DNA from: Pirellula staleyi DSM 6068
Lineage (GTDB): Bacteria; Planctomycetota; Planctomycetia; Pirellulales; Pirellulaceae
DNA length: 32,000 nucleotides
Direction of reading: 5' to 3'
NCBI GenBank assembly: GCA_000025185.1
Contig: CP001848.1
Span: forward strand, 3,000,001-3,032,000
This document shows, in pieces, positions 27,909 to 32,000 of the stretch. Both the position numbers and the translations under genes were made by a program. Under the pieces are notes generated by a model that was not told the origin of the DNA, made no database searches, and saw nothing but the letters and a program-made list of their open reading frames with translations. Positions within the stretch are counted from its first letter, which is position 1. Each line of letters starts with the position of its first letter.

Positions 27909-29908
27909 TGCGATTCTCCAATCCCAAGTTGACGTTTGATAATGTCGGTAAGTCGCTGCTCCGAGCGTTCGTCGGCTTCCGAGATCGCGGCGAGCACGCC
28001 ACTTTCGTCAGAGATTTCGAGAACGAGCGGGTCGGTTTTAATCGTTTGGCCGGTCGGCAATCCGGCTTCGGTCGTGCCACGATAATCGCAAATATGGAGA
28101 GTCAGTTTGAGCCGATCCCCTTTGCCAAGTTTGTACGGCGCAAGCTGCAGTGGATAGCTTCCCGAGATCGGCAGTTGCCCGGACAGAACCGGTTTTTCCG
28201 CAGGCAGAATCACCAGTTCGTGCTTCACCGTAGGAACCAGTTTGCCTGGCTCGGTGCTGCTCGACGGATCGACAGCCGACTCGGTGGAGACGAGTTGTTC
28301 GTCCCGTTTGGGTTCCACTTCCACCTCGAGCATGATCGAGGAGATGCCGAAATCATCGCTCGCGCGGTACTCAATCACCGGAGATGCACTCGGCAGCACG
28401 ACCCGGTGCACCAGCTGCGACGAACCGGTCGGAGGACGATCGGGGCGAATGCGAATCGCGCCAAGCAGCGGTGTTTCGAGCGAGAGTCCATCGCTGTCGA
28501 TGACTTGAATTTCGTAGCGAACTTCTTCGCGCAGGTTCGTCAGGGGTGTGCTGGTGCCGGCAGGAATTTCCCACTTTGATGGGTCGCTGCTTTTCGCGAA
28601 AACAACACGCTGCGACTGATCGCGCCAACGCAAGGTCATCCAGGCTTCGGTGAGTGTTTTGCCGTTGATCGAGGCGAGTGTGATGTCGACCCGTGTCCCC
28701 TCGAGCAGTGCCAGTTGACGACCGGTTGGGATCGGCTGTTCGAGCGACTTGGCATAGGCTGGTGGAGTGATCTTCAGCTGCGGCTCGATCGCTGGCAGGG
28801 GAATCATCGCCACGGTGGCGGCGTCGGTCCAAGCATCGCCGAGGAACAACTTGTAAGTGACGTTATCCATCAGCCGCGCGAGCTCTCCCGCGTAGATCGC
28901 CGATTCTTCTGCTTGGACAGGAACTGCTTTAAAAGCTGCTTCAGTGGCGGCGATGTGCTGCCAAAGTCCTCTCGCGAGCTTCACCTTAGAGACTTGGGCC
29001 GCAACTTCGGCGGCATCAAGCACCAGCAGCCCTGTCAGCTCTTTTTGCTGCGGCAGCAAAAGTTTTTCATCCGACTGAGCGAGCGTTTTCATCTTCTCGA
29101 TGGCGGTCGCGAGTCGCGCTTGACGCTCGGCGATGGTCAGCCGCTTCAGGTCGATGGTGGTGCGACTATCCGACGCCGCTGTCGACTGCAGCCGCGCGAT
29201 TCCGGTATCGGGCAAGCTTCCTTGGCAGCGAATCAAGAGCGAAATCGGCTTCCCTTGAGCGCAGCGAGCATCGTCGGGCTGACTATCGCGCACTCCATCT
29301 TTGAGCACTAGATCGCTATTGACGAGCAACGCATCGATGACGGTCGCCGTGGGGTAGTGGGTCGAGCCGAGCAGCAGCCGACTAACAAACGCGCTCAGAT
29401 GGCGCGGGAAGATCAGCGAAAGCAGGAGCACGATCGCCAGACCCGCTCCGAGGAGACTCCCACGACGAACCATCTGCTCGCGCGAAAAACCATCGAACAC
29501 ATTGATCGCCGAGGTGGCACTCACCACATAATCGACGACGGCTGTTTCGAGTTGTCGCGAGCCCCAGGTGGCTGCTTCGGGGGATTCAAACTGCAGAGCA
29601 GCGACGAGGTCGCTATCGATTTCCTGATGCTTCTCGACCAGCAAAGCGAGATCCTGCTCGGTCTCTTGCACCCCGAGCATCGGCTGCGTGAAGCGGCGAT
29701 AGGTCCAAACCACACCGACGATCCCCAGCAGGATAACGACGATGCGCGGAAGGACTTCGAGCGCGAATAGCCAGTCGAGTAAAAACACCCCTGCCAGCGC
29801 GACGATCGCTGCGATCCCCGTCGCCGACCAGGCGGTGAGCAAACGAACGGTCGCACGCGCTCGTCCGAGCCCGGCAAGTTGTGATCGTAGTGCACTTAGC
29901 TTGGTCAT
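27905..29908 (-). CDS. 3-TM membrane protein with large extracytoplasmic domain (Bat/MoxR-cluster component, DUF4175-like N-terminal architecture)
   Basis: The ATG at 29908 overlaps the upstream stop as ATGA, and an alternative ATG lies at 29938. The hydrophobic helices are TGIAAIVALAGVFLLDWLF, VLPRIVVILLGIVGVVWTY and LLGAGLAIVLLLSLIF. About 490 aa of non-repetitive sequence follow. Confidence 0.8.
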   Translation of the reverse strand: MTKLSALRSQLAGLGRARATVRLLTAWSATGIAAIVALAGVFLLDWLFALEVLPRIVVILLGIVGVVWTYRRFTQPMLGVQETEQDLALLVEKHQEIDSDLVAALQFESPEAATWGSRQLETAVVDYVVSATSAINVFDGFSREQMVRRGSLLGAGLAIVLLLSLIFPRHLSAFVSRLLLGSTHYPTATVIDALLVNSDLVLKDGVRDSQPDDARCAQGKPISLLIRCQGSLPDTGIARLQSTAASDSRTTIDLKRLTIAERQARLATAIEKMKTLAQSDEKLLLPQQKELTGLLVLDAAEVAAQVSKVKLARGLWQHIAATEAAFKAVPVQAEESAIYAGELARLMDNVTYKLFLGDAWTDAATVAMIPLPAIEPQLKITPPAYAKSLEQPIPTGRQLALLEGTRVDITLASINGKTLTEAWMTLRWRDQSQRVVFAKSSDPSKWEIPAGTSTPLTNLREEVRYEIQVIDSDGLSLETPLLGAIRIRPDRPPTGSSQLVHRVVLPSASPVIEYRASDDFGISSIMLEVEVEPKRDEQLVSTESAVDPSSSTEPGKLVPTVKHELVILPAEKPVLSGQLPISGSYPLQLAPYKLGKGDRLKLTLHICDYRGTTEAGLPTGQTIKTDPLVLEISDESGVLAAISEADERSEQRLTDIIKRQLGIGESQ

Positions 29909-32000
29909 GTGAGCTTGATCATCTTTCGCGAGAGCCATTCACAGAGCATCAATCCCACCACCAGCGTGAGCCACAGCGGCGTGCTCCAGAGCGAGTGATT
30001 GCGGGTCAACTTCTCGACAATCGGTTTGCCGTCGAGATCGGCTGGAAGGTTGCTAACCGTCGTCAGGTCGTACGATTTGCCACCCGTTTGCCGGGCCAAT
30101 TCGTTTTGGATTTTCTCGTCCCGAACCGCGCGGCGACGTTCGGCCGAAAGAGGCGTCACTTCGAACCGCTGTTCGTCGAACTTGCCCGTCACTGGATCTT
30201 TCACACGCAGGCTGTATTCGCCCGTGGCGAGGACCGGTATGCGAACTTCAAACACACCATCGCGGAGCATCGGCACGTTAATGGTGCGCGTTTCATCGCC
30301 GCTTGGTGCAGGAATGGTAAGTTCCCCTTCCAGACCTCGCAGCGGAAGGGTTTCATCCGTCAGCGGCTCGTAGTTTTCGTCATACGCTTCGACGGTGAGG
30401 GTCACCTTATCTTCGGCGCGATACTGCTGCTGATCGAGCCGCGCCACAAAACGTTTATCGCTCCCGAGCGCATGGCTCATGCCGAGCTGATAGATCAGCT
30501 GCGACCAGAATTGACGGTAGTACTTCTCGCCGTAGCGTTTGCGGAGTCGCCACGTTTCGTTCATGCCGAGGTAGATCACTTCCCCTTTGCCATACTGACG
30601 GGCGGCAATCAGAGGTTGGGGCGTTTTGCCATCGGCACATTTGTCGGTGGGATGTTCGGCTAGAGCGAACGCTTGTCCGTGCAAAGCCGAGACAGGCTGA
30701 TACCAGGGAAGCTCGCCGAGGTTATCCCACGCCTTCAGATTTTCCGCTTCACTGGTGCCGAGTTGCATGAAGGGATAGCGGGCAGCGTGGGGCGTGATCT
30801 GCGGACGAAACTCAGGATACTTCGGCGATGTTCGCAGTTCGGCCGAAGGATCGACGATCACTGGCAGCATGTCGGCCAGCGGGGTTTGGTGCAATTCGCG
30901 CGGACCAAACCGGGGTCCTGCAATCACCACGAGGCCGCCACCGAGGTTGCCGACATATTCCTTGAGCATCTCGCAAAAACGATCGTTGATCGCAGCGCGG
31001 GGCATATCGTCGAGGAAGATCACGTCGCTGGCGAAAAAGTCACTCCGCTTCGGTGTGAGGGTCGGCAGAAAGAGCACATTAGCTTCGCGAACACGGGGAT
31101 CGGACGATCCGAGAAACGTCCGAAAACCTTGCATGCCGACCAGCTTGTCGCGGTGAAACACTTCCTTGATGAAACGCCATTCCCAGGTCGGTTCGTTGGC
31201 GACATACATCAGCCGCAGATAGTCGTCGATGATATTCACCTGACGTGTGGCACGATTGTTCTGATCGATCAGTTCCCCTTCGACCGGGTCGACTGTCGCC
31301 GTGAATTCAAAGCGGCCCGATTCGTCGGGCGTGAATGGTAGCTCGACCGTTTCAACTCCCGCAGTCAGTGTGACGGTTCGATCGCCGACCTTGATCGACT
31401 CGGCCATCTCGCTCGAAGCTTCACCACTCAGTTTGCGGGCCATCACCGAGACACTTACCGTTTGTCCGGTCAGTCCACTTTGACGGAGCTTTACCATCAC
31501 GGTGCTGCGTTCGGCCTTCTTCATTTTGGGATCGGTTTGCAGATCGACCGCGAGATCGACCGCTTCCGTTACCCCGAGTCCGACGGCATAGACCGGCACA
31601 CCGAGACGCGCGGCGAGCGATTGGTCGGCCGATCCAATGGGGGAAGGTCCCGAGTTGTTCGCAAAGTCGCTGAGGATCACCACACCTGCGAGACGACTCG
31701 AACCAAACTGCTGCGAAAGTTCGGTCATGACACTTCCGACCGCCGTCACTTTGCCGGTGGTCGAGAGCTGCGCGGCGAGAAACTCCGGATCGATTTCGCT
31801 TGTCCCTTGCGGATTGAGCGACAGTTTTTTGAGCTGGCTGGTGGTGTTGCCGTCGAACAGGAACGCTTCGATTTCGAAGTTCCCTTGCTTTTGAAGTTCG
31901 ACAAGCAAGTTGGCGTTTCGTTTTTTCAGCAGCGCCTGGATGTAGGCCATCCGGCTTTTCGGTTTTTCTTCCGGAGTGAGATTTTGGGCCTCGACAGCGG
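29905..32000 (-). CDS. VWA-domain BatA/BatB-like protein with GATase1-like (DUF1355-type) module and C-terminal TM anchor (N-terminus beyond right edge)
   Basis: The frame stays open upstream of the track start at 31950 all the way to position 32000, so the gene is 5-prime partial. The VWA end reads SRLAGVVILSDFANNSGPSP...LGVPVYAVGLG. Then come LRLMYVANEPTWEWRFIKEVF, GGGLVVIAGP and LIAARQYGKGEVIYLGMNETWRLR. Near the end are ERRRAVRDEKIQNELARQTGGKSY and the C-terminal TM LWLTLVVGLMLCEWL. Confidence 0.8.
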   Translation of the reverse strand, partial: AVEAQNLTPEEKPKSRMAYIQALLKKRNANLLVELQKQGNFEIEAFLFDGNTTSQLKKLSLNPQGTSEIDPEFLAAQLSTTGKVTAVGSVMTELSQQFGSSRLAGVVILSDFANNSGPSPIGSADQSLAARLGVPVYAVGLGVTEAVDLAVDLQTDPKMKKAERSTVMVKLRQSGLTGQTVSVSVMARKLSGEASSEMAESIKVGDRTVTLTAGVETVELPFTPDESGRFEFTATVDPVEGELIDQNNRATRQVNIIDDYLRLMYVANEPTWEWRFIKEVFHRDKLVGMQGFRTFLGSSDPRVREANVLFLPTLTPKRSDFFASDVIFLDDMPRAAINDRFCEMLKEYVGNLGGGLVVIAGPRFGPRELHQTPLADMLPVIVDPSAELRTSPKYPEFRPQITPHAARYPFMQLGTSEAENLKAWDNLGELPWYQPVSALHGQAFALAEHPTDKCADGKTPQPLIAARQYGKGEVIYLGMNETWRLRKRYGEKYYRQFWSQLIYQLGMSHALGSDKRFVARLDQQQYRAEDKVTLTVEAYDENYEPLTDETLPLRGLEGELTIPAPSGDETRTINVPMLRDGVFEVRIPVLATGEYSLRVKDPVTGKFDEQRFEVTPLSAERRRAVRDEKIQNELARQTGGKSYDLTTVSNLPADLDGKPIVEKLTRNHSLWSTPLWLTLVVGLMLCEWLSRKMIKLT

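Noticed and set aside
27878-31341. + strand ORFs 27878..28579, 28715..29311, 29881..30663, 30673..31341
   Set aside because: All are antisense to the much longer minus-strand genes (677 aa and more than 681 aa), which carry TM helices and VWA/GATase-like motifs.

Overview
High-GC, gene-dense chromosomal window whose protein families point to Planctomycetota, probably Pirellulales-like (inference). The families are a PSCyt1 cytochrome domain, a Pirellula/Verrucomicrobium-type dehydrogenase with HEAT repeats and a CxxCH domain, a YTV-like Cys-rich protein and DUF1080. Housekeeping genes include dnaE, mgsA, an SDR reductase and a Gfo/Idh/MocA oxidoreductase. The oxidoreductase runs off the left edge and is missing from the ORF track. 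No rRNA, tRNA, CRISPR array or transposase was recognised. Three regions deserve a second look. (1) The right third (21.2-32 kb) is one co-directional minus-strand cluster. It starts with a VWA/BatA-like protein (5-prime partial), a 3-TM membrane protein and a 1455-aa Ala/Glu coiled-coil plus Pro/Gly/Gln-repeat protein, chained by ATGA overlaps. A MoxR AAA+ ATPase and a DUF58 protein follow. The MoxR-DUF58 spacer carries a 7-nt periodic GGA/CTAG repeat tract and a 20-bp tandem repeat with a hairpin. (2) A short AT-richer islet (about 17.74-18.78 kb) holds an apparently orphan TIGR02574-type antitoxin, a 38-codon ATGA-coupled ORF, a 23/24 inverted repeat pair and an unknown small ORF. (3) A monocistronic gene for an XRE-type HTH fused to a large unrecognised C-terminal domain has its own near-consensus promoter, an inverted repeat in the leader and a terminator. 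Many long ORFs in the track are antisense artefacts of high GC and are rejected.
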